Assembly: GCA_031279395.1 (NCBI GenBank)
Contig: JAITIO010000009.1
Coordinates: 1-60,501, forward strand
Direction of reading: 5' to 3'
Length of the DNA: 60,501 nucleotides
Source: Puniceicoccales bacterium
GTDB lineage: Bacteria; Verrucomicrobiota; Verrucomicrobiia; Opitutales; JAIRKQ01
How positions within the stretch are numbered: the stretch's first letter is position 1; each line of letters starts with the position of its first letter. A model generated the notes under the pieces. That model was not told the origin of the DNA, did not search any database, and worked only from the letters and a program-made list of their open reading frames with translations. The position numbers and the translations under genes were made by a program. Of the stretch, positions 18,656 through 27,534 are shown piece by piece.

Positions 18656-19105
18656 ATGGAATATACGGAAGCAGTAGATATAGTTTCTGAACTTTTCAGG
18701 ATAAACCAATGGGCCAACAATGAATATAGTGAAAAGTACGCTATCCTAGACAATGACATTGAAATTCGGGTATTTCAGTCAGCTAGGGATAAAATGGTGA
18801 TACAGGGAATGTTCGGGGAACCCATTCACAGTCCATCGATGGCAAATGCAAACGAAATAAAGCTTCGTTATCTTCTTCAGGCCAATTTTATCAGAATTGT
18901 TCAATGCAATGATGTTTTATCCATAGATAAACGTACAAACCGATTAACCACAACGCGGTATATTTCCCTACTTGAAACTTCTATGGAAAAAGTTCTCGAT
19001 GCAGTCGAGTCTTTTATTCAAAATGTAGATTTTTGGGATATGGCATTGAAAAGAAAGCAATCATTCGCCACAATATCCCCTTTGTTAAAAGTTTCTTTAA
19101 AATAA
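18656..19105 (+). CDS. T3SS class I chaperone (CesT/SycE/YscB-like)
   Basis: 149 aa and acidic. It shows the pattern ..LLQANF....VLSID........F..NVDFW.. typical of CesT-family chaperones. It ends 6 nt before sctC, the position YscB has relative to YscC. Confidence 0.55.
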   Translation: MEYTEAVDIVSELFRINQWANNEYSEKYAILDNDIEIRVFQSARDKMVIQGMFGEPIHSPSMANANEIKLRYLLQANFIRIVQCNDVLSIDKRTNRLTTTRYISLLETSMEKVLDAVESFIQNVDFWDMALKRKQSFATISPLLKVSLK

Positions 19106-19111
19106 CAAGGA

Positions 19112-20986
19112 ATGAAAAAAAAATTTTTTCAGTTTGTATTGGTTTTCATCTGTTGTACGCTTCGTGCAAATGAAAGAGATCCCATTGGCATTTCCCCAAA
19201 TGGTACACTTCCATTTTCAAAGTCAAGTTACTACCACTTCGCCAAGGACCAAAATTTGTCTGCTCTCATACAAGATTTTTTCTCGATGCAGGGTATAACC
19301 GTAGTGATAAGCGATAGGATAAACTATACCGTCAATGGCAAGTTCAGCAAAATGGATCCGGCAGAATTTTGGACTTACATAACAAAGGCCTACGGTCTGG
19401 TTTGGTTTTTCGATGGCAAAATAATGTTTGTCTATACAAATGCCGAGCTGCAAACACAGATCTTTAGAATGGATACGGATGGAATTGGCACACTGTCTGT
19501 GATTCTATCACGCCTAGGATTCGTTGCTTCCGATTTTTCATTCCGAGATGTTGGTGAGGCAAACGTTCTAATAGTAACTGCACCTCCCCAGTATATTAAT
19601 GTAATCAACGACATAGCAACCAAGTTTGTTCCAAGTAAGATTTCTGACACCACCATTGTGAAAATCATACCGTTAAAATATGCCTGGGCCTACGATATGA
19701 CTTTTAACTATGCTAATGGTTCAATTTCCGTTCCCGGTGTCTCAAGTTTATTACAAAGCATCGTTACGGGCCAACAATTATCATCGGCACTATCTCCTTT
19801 CAACGTTAGCGTAGGGGGAAATCAAAAGCAAATAGAATATCAGCAAATGATAGGAATGCTTGACGATACCCCACCATACGCAAAGGACATAAATAACAAT
19901 ATTAAAAATATACAAAAGGATGGAAAAAATTCCGACAAGGGTAAAAATGACAAATCATCAGGTGATACGTCCAATGATGGTAATAGCATAGATATTTCAG
20001 GAACTTCTTTGCCTGGATTTATAACCTGTGATCAACGGCTAAACGCGATAATAATTCGCGATAGAAGAGAAAACATGCCATTTTACGAAGAAATTATATC
20101 GAAACTCGATGTGCCATGCGAAGTTATAAAAATTGATGTTGCCATCGTAGACGTAAGTAAATCTTCATCCATTTCTTTCGGGATTAACGGCATCAGCACT
20201 ACCATTCCTGGCGATAATCCGATTAGTATTTTGATGGCAAGTAGCAATGCCGAAGCGGGTACAGGAGGTGGCACAAAAGCAAAAGGTTCAATTGCTGGCC
20301 GTTTTGGTATAGTAAAAAATACCACGATAGATTATGCCATTGATGCTTTAGAACAGAGTGGTAATGGACAAACTATTTCCCGCCCATCCGTTCTAACACT
20401 CGACAACGTTGCAGCAATTTTAGAAACCGATAAAGTGCACTATTCCACGATATCAGGAGCAAATAATTCGAACGCCTATACCCAATCCGCAACCACCAAG
20501 TTACAGGTTGTCCCCCATATCATTCCTGGAGATGCCGATGGGGATGGGAAACGTAAAATGAAGTTATTTGTTGACATATCCGACGGAAGTTTTGACGTCA
20601 ACGAAGACAACCAACCCACTGCTGCTGTAACACAACATTCCCTAAATACGCAATCCGTATTGTATGAAGGACAAAGCTTAGTCATAGGAGGTTATGACTC
20701 TGAAGTAAACCAAAAAAAGGATAGTGGTGTTCCCGTATTGCAGCATTTACCTCTGGTAGGAATATTATTCAAACACACGAGTGACAGCAAAGTGATCAAA
20801 GAACGCATTTACGTAATTTCCCCATCCGTTGTGGAAATCCGCAGCGATGACCATAAGTATGATAGATTCGTCCAAAATGGACAACTCACAGCCGAAGGAA
20901 CCCTTGAATCTGGCAATTATCCACTAACCACCCAATGGCCAAAAGAAGAACGGAAGCCTAAACGTATTAAAACCCGAACCAATTAA
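19112..20986 (+). CDS. sctC: T3SS outer-membrane secretin SctC
   Basis: Signal peptide present. The N-terminal domain has the injectisome-secretin pattern (LSALIQDFFSMQGITVVISDRINYTVNGKF..PAEFWTYITKAYGLVWFFDGKIMFVY). It also has an N3 domain (NAIIIRDRRENMPFYEEIISKLDVPCEVIKIDVAIVDV) and a C-terminal secretin domain (SRPSVLTLDN...GVPVLQHLPLVGILFK). Confidence 0.88.
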   Translation: MKKKFFQFVLVFICCTLRANERDPIGISPNGTLPFSKSSYYHFAKDQNLSALIQDFFSMQGITVVISDRINYTVNGKFSKMDPAEFWTYITKAYGLVWFFDGKIMFVYTNAELQTQIFRMDTDGIGTLSVILSRLGFVASDFSFRDVGEANVLIVTAPPQYINVINDIATKFVPSKISDTTIVKIIPLKYAWAYDMTFNYANGSISVPGVSSLLQSIVTGQQLSSALSPFNVSVGGNQKQIEYQQMIGMLDDTPPYAKDINNNIKNIQKDGKNSDKGKNDKSSGDTSNDGNSIDISGTSLPGFITCDQRLNAIIIRDRRENMPFYEEIISKLDVPCEVIKIDVAIVDVSKSSSISFGINGISTTIPGDNPISILMASSNAEAGTGGGTKAKGSIAGRFGIVKNTTIDYAIDALEQSGNGQTISRPSVLTLDNVAAILETDKVHYSTISGANNSNAYTQSATTKLQVVPHIIPGDADGDGKRKMKLFVDISDGSFDVNEDNQPTAAVTQHSLNTQSVLYEGQSLVIGGYDSEVNQKKDSGVPVLQHLPLVGILFKHTSDSKVIKERIYVISPSVVEIRSDDHKYDRFVQNGQLTAEGTLESGNYPLTTQWPKEERKPKRIKTRTN

Positions 20987-21042
20987 CATAAAAGGTGGAA
21001 CTGGCATTTTTGAAAAAATAGGTAATCTTTCAAATCGGGTCA

Positions 21043-22416
21043 TTACTGCCGTTCGGCCGGTGGAACAACTTCGGGATTTTTCGCCAATTCTTCACGGTCG
21101 GTATTATTTTCTTGCTTCAAGTCTTTGCAGAGCATATACATTAGGTGATCCAATGTTTTTCCTCGCATGGTACGCCTGCGTAGATCAATAATTTTATCAT
21201 TGTTCCTTCGAAGTTCGACAATATACTTGTTCACATCAAGCCCTCTAGTGTACACATCTTGCCAAATCATGTTTTCGATGTCCCCTTGCAGGGGCTCTAT
21301 TTTTTCATCTTTGGCAATTTTGTCTAAAATTGCACCAATTTTTACTCGCTGCGTGGCAGCAGGTTTGAAACTATTGAAAATTTCTTGGGAATTTTTTGCA
21401 ATATCCTGAGGGTTCACTCCCGACCTTACCTTACGATCCGCAAACTCATTCATCAAATTGGTAGCTTCCTGATTAATGGCACTTTCCGGGATTTTTACAT
21501 CGATCGACTCAATGAGTTTTGTCACCAATTCTTCTCGTTGGTTAAATCTCGCCTGGGAAGTCTTGTAGTTGGTAAGCAACAATTTTGACTTTTCGTACAA
21601 TTCCTCCTGGGATTTTACGCCCAGTGTCTGCAACATATCGTCCGTTAATTCGGGCAACACAAGTTCACGAACTTCGATGATCTCCAAATCATAGCTAACG
21701 GTTTTCCCAGCCAATTCAACTACTTCAAAATCGGTCTCGAATTGTTGAGAAACGGTCTTTTTTTCACCTGCCTTTATCCCCACGATACCATCGACTATCG
21801 CACCTATACCAGGTGTTGTGATATTGCCTACTTCTTCCCATGTGTTCGTTTGGGTTCCGTAAATGCTAGGAATACTCTTCGTATCTGCCACTACGCTTCC
21901 ATCATCAAATTTTCCCGTATAGTTTAATTTAACAAAATCACCAATCTTGGATTTTCGACTAACAACCTCATATTTCGCATATCGCCTGAGCGTGTTTCTT
22001 ACTTCATTTTGAATTTCGTGTTCATCCACAACCACATTGATCGGGTCAATGGATAGGCTTTTATAGTCAGACAATTCAAACTCGGGAATGATATCAAGTG
22101 TCAATGTACAAACCATGCCTCCATCGATATCTTCTCGCCTTAGGTCGACGATGGTAACAACACTCCACTCCGTTTTAGAATTTAGGGCATTCAGTGTTTT
22201 ATTGATAATGTTGGAATCCAATTGCTTTTTGATCCCATCGGAAAATTTCGATAAAATGACATTGCTAGGAATTTTCCCCTTTCTAAACCCTGGCACATTG
22301 GCCTCCTTGCACAATTTATCGACTATCGATTTCCTTTCCGTCGTTATTTCATCCGCATCAAATGTACATACTACATTTAGGCGGGTATCACTAATATTTT
22401 CAATTTTTTCTTTCAC
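21043..22416 (-). CDS. tig: Trigger factor
   Basis: GFRKGKIPSNVILSKF motif, a central FKBP-like domain and a C-terminal helical arm. Probable GTG start at 22416 (VKEKIENISD..), because the longer ORF adds a hydrophobic leader. Confidence 0.9.
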   Translation of the reverse strand: MKEKIENISDTRLNVVCTFDADEITTERKSIVDKLCKEANVPGFRKGKIPSNVILSKFSDGIKKQLDSNIINKTLNALNSKTEWSVVTIVDLRREDIDGGMVCTLTLDIIPEFELSDYKSLSIDPINVVVDEHEIQNEVRNTLRRYAKYEVVSRKSKIGDFVKLNYTGKFDDGSVVADTKSIPSIYGTQTNTWEEVGNITTPGIGAIVDGIVGIKAGEKKTVSQQFETDFEVVELAGKTVSYDLEIIEVRELVLPELTDDMLQTLGVKSQEELYEKSKLLLTNYKTSQARFNQREELVTKLIESIDVKIPESAINQEATNLMNEFADRKVRSGVNPQDIAKNSQEIFNSFKPAATQRVKIGAILDKIAKDEKIEPLQGDIENMIWQDVYTRGLDVNKYIVELRRNNDKIIDLRRRTMRGKTLDHLMYMLCKDLKQENNTDREELAKNPEVVPPAERQ

Positions 22417-22574
22417 AATGAAACTCGTAACTCTTATAATCCAGCCTAGGAGTAAATAATACACCGTCTAGGTCAATATTTTTTAGAAAACATTTTGAAA
22501 AAAGAATTGGTAAATTCTTGTAGAAATAGCAACATTTTACATCCCAACCGGAGTGATTGCCGAATGGAACAAGT

Positions 22575-24236
22575 ATGTTTTGCAACAAAATAATAGAAAA
22601 AGTAAATGCTGACTTAGTCAAATGTTTGATGGATTCCGGTATCATTGACGTTGCTTCTACCGGTGGATTGAAAAATTTGGAGGCGGAAGCCCTGAATGAA
22701 AATTTAATAGTGACCCTACAAAAGGCAACCTACAGGGAAAAACTTTTCAATGCCATTGGAATGGAAGTAATAGAAAATATTCCCATCGAGGGCAACGGAT
22801 TAGATTTCATCGGCAGCAATTTTGCAGCAAGTAATGCTCTTATTCCCATTCTATTGGACGATAAAAATTGTGTTATTGCAGTGGCAGATCCGTTTAATGT
22901 CGAGCTAATGGATACCATTTCACGTCGGTTGAAAATTCCAATTTCTTTTAAACTGACATCCTTTCGAAGGGTAAAGAAATTTTGGGAAAGCATTAATTCT
23001 GGACAGCGAACCAGTGGAAAAGAAAATGTGGCTTCTGCGTCGCCCCATACCGGTGAGCTAGAATCGGTTTTCGTGGATAAATTTTTTGATAACCTGCTTA
23101 AAATGTCGATTTCGGAGCGAGCATCGGATATTCATCTGGAGCATTATAAAGATGGAATGCGCATAAGGATCAGAGTTGATGGCAAATTGCACAGCATCAA
23201 TAATGTCGATAAAATCCTTGCACAGGCCGTTATCGCTAGGATAAAGTTTAAGGCCGATGCAAAAATTGATGAGGTCCATCTGCCACAGGATAGAAGGATA
23301 CGCGTAAAAATTTTCGACAAAAATTATGACCTGCGCATTTCAATTTTGCCAACCATATGCGGAGAAAATGTCGCCATTAGAATTTTTGACCAGGAGGATA
23401 ACGATTTTGACTTAAATAGCATCGGCTTGGGCCAGGAACAATACGCTTTGATGGAGTCGATAATAAATGGCAAAAGTGGACTGATCCTTCTGTGCGGACC
23501 AACCGGATGCGGCAAGACCACAACATTGTATACAATTTTAAAAAAAATTTCATCGCGGGATAGGAAAGTGATCACCATTGAAGATCCCATAGAATATAGA
23601 TTGGATGGAATCAGCCAGGTGCCTGTCAACGATGAAATTGGGCTATCCTTTGCATCCATTTTGCGTTCCATTCTGCGCCAATCCCCAAATGTAATAATGG
23701 TCGGTGAAATTCGTGACCATGAAACGGCGGAGCTTGTAATTCAAGCTACTTTAACGGGGCATTTGGTGCTCAGCACAATCCACTGCGATGATGCGATGGG
23801 AGCCATGACACGACTTCTGGACCTTGGTATTTCGGAATTTTTGATAAAGAGCTGCCTGCGCGGGTCAATTGCCCAAAAGCTTATGCGCAAACCATGCCAA
23901 TCCTGCATGGCATCGCGAGAACTATCGGATGCTGAAAAAATGTTGTTTCCCCAACTGGCCGATTCCATAAAAATGGTTCCGGAAGTACATGGATGTGAAA
24001 ATTGTTCTCGGAGAGGATATAGAGGAAGAATTGCAATTTTCGATTTTTTAGTGAGAAAAAGTCTAACCAATAACCTTTCGACGATCAACAAGGAAATTGT
24101 TTTCGATGATTTTATCCATGCCGACTCTTTTCCCGAAAACATTCTCAGGTTACTGAAAGACCATGCCATCATGTTCGAAGATGTCAGCCCACAGCTGATC
24201 AGTGATGTGCGAAAGTTTGAGCATGTTAAATTTTGA
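22575..24236 (+). CDS. GspE/PilB-family secretion ATPase (T2SS or type IV pilus assembly)
   Basis: N-terminal GspE_N-like domain, Walker [13 protein letters not shown], Asp and His boxes (VIMVGEIRD, TGHLVLSTIH) and a CxxC...CxxC zinc motif (CQSC..CENC). No gspF/pilC or pilin gene is nearby. Confidence 0.88.
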   Translation: MFCNKIIEKVNADLVKCLMDSGIIDVASTGGLKNLEAEALNENLIVTLQKATYREKLFNAIGMEVIENIPIEGNGLDFIGSNFAASNALIPILLDDKNCVIAVADPFNVELMDTISRRLKIPISFKLTSFRRVKKFWESINSGQRTSGKENVASASPHTGELESVFVDKFFDNLLKMSISERASDIHLEHYKDGMRIRIRVDGKLHSINNVDKILAQAVIARIKFKADAKIDEVHLPQDRRIRVKIFDKNYDLRISILPTICGENVAIRIFDQEDNDFDLNSIGLGQEQYALMESIINGKSGLILLCGPTGCGKTTTLYTILKKISSRDRKVITIEDPIEYRLDGISQVPVNDEIGLSFASILRSILRQSPNVIMVGEIRDHETAELVIQATLTGHLVLSTIHCDDAMGAMTRLLDLGISEFLIKSCLRGSIAQKLMRKPCQSCMASRELSDAEKMLFPQLADSIKMVPEVHGCENCSRRGYRGRIAIFDFLVRKSLTNNLSTINKEIVFDDFIHADSFPENILRLLKDHAIMFEDVSPQLISDVRKFEHVKF

Positions 24237-24336
24237 AACCGATGAGGGTGCAAGTTGTCATTCATTTTTGCTCCTAATATTTTTACATAAAATGCTTGAC
24301 CGAATGGACAAATATTCCAGATTGCCAATCACGTTT

Positions 24337-24410
24337 GCGAGCATAGTTTAGTGGTAAAACTTCTGCCTTCCAAGCAGGTATCGTCGGTTCGATTCCGTCT
24401 GCTCGCACCA
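24337..24410 (+). tRNA. tRNA-Gly (anticodon UCC), CCA encoded
   Basis: GCGAGCA/TGCTCGC acceptor stem, anticodon loop CTTCCAA, T loop TTCGATT, discriminator A73. There is one U-U mismatch in the T stem. Confidence 0.85.
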
Positions 24411-24446
24411 AGTTTATACGACCAGGTTTGCAACTCAATTTTTGCC

Positions 24447-25565
24447 ATGGATGCTCCGCTGCTGATTTTTTCAAATACCAAAATAGATTCCGATTTGCTC
24501 TACCTAATTGGTACACATGTTCTGGACAATATCGCCGTCGTGTTTGATGGACGGGAATCAATTGCTCTGGTAAGTGCACTGGAAATCAATCGACTCAGAA
24601 ATACATCAAAAATTGACAGATTTGTCAGCTGGGACATTGTTAAATTATCCTTACAATCTGCCAAAAATACCGATTTCGACGTTCTGAAACGATTTTTACA
24701 AGACCTTAAAATAAAGACAATTTGCGTCAAACAAGACTTTCCAGTTTACCTTGCGGACCAACTGAGATCTGCAAATTTTGAAATAATTGTGGCAGGATTT
24801 TCTATCCTTCCCCAGAGGTTAATAAAGTCCGATGGAGAAATTGCCGAAATCAGGCATGCCATTGATATCGTCCGCCAGACATTTGTGCAAGTGGAAAATA
24901 TCCTATCGGCCACATCGACCAATGGGAAAAATGAATTGGTTTTTGAAGATGAAATTTTGACATCGGAATGTCTGCGCGACATGATGGAAACGTTTTGCTA
25001 TCAGCTGGGAGCAATTTCGGATTCCACAATCGTTGCCTGTGGGGTTGATGCCTGTGACCCGCATAATTGGGGACATGGTCCCTTGAAGGCCAACGAATTC
25101 ATTTTGATAGATTTTTTTCCACATTTGAAGACTTCTGGCTACTATGCCGACGTTTCCCGTACATTTCTCAAAGGGAAACCAACGAAAGAACAAGCTAATC
25201 TGTACAACATCGTCAAAGCCGCCCATGACATTGCCATCGATATGGCCCATGGTGGGGTTCGAGGAAAGGAAATAATGGTGCGGACCTTGGAATATTTTGA
25301 GAGTAAAGGGTACAAGTCAAGCAATACTGCCAATCCTCCCTACGGAATGTTCCATTCACTTGGGCATGGCTTGGGGCTTGATATTCACGAACCACCAAGA
25401 ATCGGGGGGTGTGATGACATGCTGCAATCTGGAATGGTCGTAACCATTGAGCCTGGGCTATATTATCAAACAATTGGAGGTGTTCGCGTAGAGGATGACA
25501 TTTTTATCGGCAATCAATCCAGCGAAATTTTAACACAAATTCCACACAATTGGATTGTCGACTAA
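24447..25565 (+). CDS. M24-family Xaa-Pro aminopeptidase/dipeptidase
   Basis: YYADVSRTF, HSLGHGLGLDIHEPP, GMVVTIEPGLY and GGVRVEDD metal-ligand motifs. The start is set at the ATG at 24447, because the track ORF runs across the tRNA-Gly gene. Confidence 0.9.
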   Translation: MDAPLLIFSNTKIDSDLLYLIGTHVLDNIAVVFDGRESIALVSALEINRLRNTSKIDRFVSWDIVKLSLQSAKNTDFDVLKRFLQDLKIKTICVKQDFPVYLADQLRSANFEIIVAGFSILPQRLIKSDGEIAEIRHAIDIVRQTFVQVENILSATSTNGKNELVFEDEILTSECLRDMMETFCYQLGAISDSTIVACGVDACDPHNWGHGPLKANEFILIDFFPHLKTSGYYADVSRTFLKGKPTKEQANLYNIVKAAHDIAIDMAHGGVRGKEIMVRTLEYFESKGYKSSNTANPPYGMFHSLGHGLGLDIHEPPRIGGCDDMLQSGMVVTIEPGLYYQTIGGVRVEDDIFIGNQSSEILTQIPHNWIVD

Positions 25566-25644
25566 AGGCTATTAGTTTTCTAGTTTTCACCGTTGCTTGG
25601 AACATGGATTTGAAAGTGAAACAACCATGGCTGAAATGAGCACA

Positions 25645-25663
25645 AATTTATGAGTCCTGAGCC
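25645..25663. repeat. 19-nt exact repeat AATTTATGAGTCCTGAGCC, copy 2
   Basis: Identical to 10201..10219. It lies in the convergent intergenic region between the M24 peptidase and the CaCA antiporter. Confidence 0.8.
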
Positions 25664-25703
25664 CGAGGCCGTATTTTGCATCCTTCACAAACTTTTCGCA
25701 GGC

Positions 25704-26666
25704 CTAGACACTTTTGTGTAGAAAAAATACCACGAGAAAGTATGTCGCCACACACATTAGGCCATATTTTCTCGAAAATACATTTTTTACTGCGAAAATG
25801 TACCAGGTAACCACCGTTATAAAGATAAGAGCCCCCGTTTCCACCAGAAATGATCCTTTCGCAAAGTACAGAGGATGTATTAGGGTGCAAAGTCCGGTTA
25901 TCAGCATCAGATTTAATAGATTTGATCCAATGATGTTTCCGGAACAAATGGTATAATGTCGCTGTTTTGCCGCCGTTGTAACAACAAAAATCTCGGGAGC
26001 ACTTGTTCCCAAAGCCAACAACGAAAACCCTATAAATGTTTCCGATATTTTAAAAAAGTTCGAAATATGGTAGCAGGATGTCACTACCAAGTGAGCCCCA
26101 AGAGTCAGAAAGACTATGGAAGATACGAAAACAACACCGCTTTTCTTTGCGGACCATGCATTAAGATTTTCCACGCTAATGCCTATTTTATCCGATGTGT
26201 TTTTAGATTTTTTTCTTAAAAATGGGAACAATAGGTAGACCACGAATGTTGTTAAAAAGATGACACTTGCACACCGTGTTATCTGACCCCTAATGCAGCA
26301 AGAGGTAAAAAAAATTGTCAATGCAGCCAGTAAAGGAAATTCTACCCACGCTACTCTTTTGTTGCATTTGAACGGAGTAACCAGGGATGCTATGCCAAAC
26401 CCAAGTGCCAAGTTCGAAAAATTACTACCCACAATATTACCCATCGCAATGTTAGGATGATCTTCCAGGATTGCTGTTATGGTCGATACGAGGTCTGGGG
26501 CTGCCGTTCCGATTGAAATCAAAAATATTTCGACCATGGCTGAATTTATGTTAAACTTACGCAGCATGTGTAGAGCGGAATCACAGAAGAATTTTGCCCC
26601 ATATATTAAAAATATGAACCCAACGACCAAAAAAAACACGACATGAAATAACGCCATTGACGCCAT
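25704..26666 (-). CDS. Ca2+/Na+ antiporter (CaCA family, YrbG-like)
   Basis: About ten TM segments with two alpha-repeats (GTAAPDLV..GNIVGSN and GTSAPEIF..GNIIGSN). The start is set at the ATG at 26666; the longer ORF overlaps sufC upstream DNA. Confidence 0.85.
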   Translation of the reverse strand: MASMALFHVVFFLVVGFIFLIYGAKFFCDSALHMLRKFNINSAMVEIFLISIGTAAPDLVSTITAILEDHPNIAMGNIVGSNFSNLALGFGIASLVTPFKCNKRVAWVEFPLLAALTIFFTSCCIRGQITRCASVIFLTTFVVYLLFPFLRKKSKNTSDKIGISVENLNAWSAKKSGVVFVSSIVFLTLGAHLVVTSCYHISNFFKISETFIGFSLLALGTSAPEIFVVTTAAKQRHYTICSGNIIGSNLLNLMLITGLCTLIHPLYFAKGSFLVETGALIFITVVTWYIFAVKNVFSRKYGLMCVATYFLVVFFLHKSV

Positions 26667-26775
26667 ACTTATAAAATTTTCCAGATTCTCAAGTATGAAA
26701 ATATCATACTTCCTTTGCTGCACCATCAAAATGGTTGTGTTTAAATTTTTAATGATTAACCATTGGGAAAGATCC

Positions 26776-27528
26776 ATGTGCGCCTTTGAAATTAAAAATT
26801 TGAAATTATCGGTGAATGATAACGTCATATTGGATGGATTTTCCCTAAAAATTCTTTCGGGTGAAGTCCATGCTTTCATTGGGAAAAATGGGATCGGGAA
26901 AAGTTCTCTAGCCAAAGCCATCGCGGGACATCCGGCATACAAAATTCAAGGGGGAGATATTGCCCTGGATGGGGAGAGTATCGTAGGGCAGTCTCCCGAT
27001 GAAATCGCAAGAAAAGGATTTTTTTTAGCCTTTCAATCTCCCATTGAACTTCCAGGAATCTCATTGGCAAACTTTATTCGTGCTGCGGTACAGGCAAGAC
27101 TGCCCAGGGGAACCCCACTGAATGGTATAGATTTCTATAAAAATTTGTATGCTAAAATGGAGGCTTTGCAAATTGATAAATCTTTCACTTCGCGGCCGTT
27201 AAATGACGGATTCTCGGGCGGTGAGAAGAAACGTTGCGAAGTTTTGCAAATGATGATGGTCGGGCCAAAATATGCGATCCTCGATGAGACGGACAGCGGG
27301 CTCGACATTGATGCGTTGAAAATCGTTTCAAATGCTGTCATTGCCATGCAAGATGGTACTTTTTCGGCAATAATTATTACGCACCACAATAAGCTTTTAG
27401 AGTATATAAAGCCAGATTTTGTCCACATCATCTCCAATGGAAAAATTGCAATGAGTGGAGGTTTGGAGCTCATCGATAGGGTGGAAAAATTGGGGTATGG
27501 ATTTATCCACGATGAACATACACTGTAA
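26776..27528 (+). CDS. sufC: Fe-S cluster assembly ATPase SufC
   Basis: Walker A GKNGIGKSS, signature FSGGEKKR, Walker B AILDETDSGLD and an H-loop ITHH. Start at the ATG at 26776. Confidence 0.92.
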   Translation: MCAFEIKNLKLSVNDNVILDGFSLKILSGEVHAFIGKNGIGKSSLAKAIAGHPAYKIQGGDIALDGESIVGQSPDEIARKGFFLAFQSPIELPGISLANFIRAAVQARLPRGTPLNGIDFYKNLYAKMEALQIDKSFTSRPLNDGFSGGEKKRCEVLQMMMVGPKYAILDETDSGLDIDALKIVSNAVIAMQDGTFSAIIITHHNKLLEYIKPDFVHIISNGKIAMSGGLELIDRVEKLGYGFIHDEHTL

Positions 27529-27534
27529 AACGAC

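Noticed and set aside
24283-24579. Minus-strand ORF 24283..24579 and the N-terminal 32 codons of track ORF 24351..25565
   Set aside because: Both run across the tRNA-Gly gene (24337..24410). The peptidase alignment begins at the ATG at 24447.
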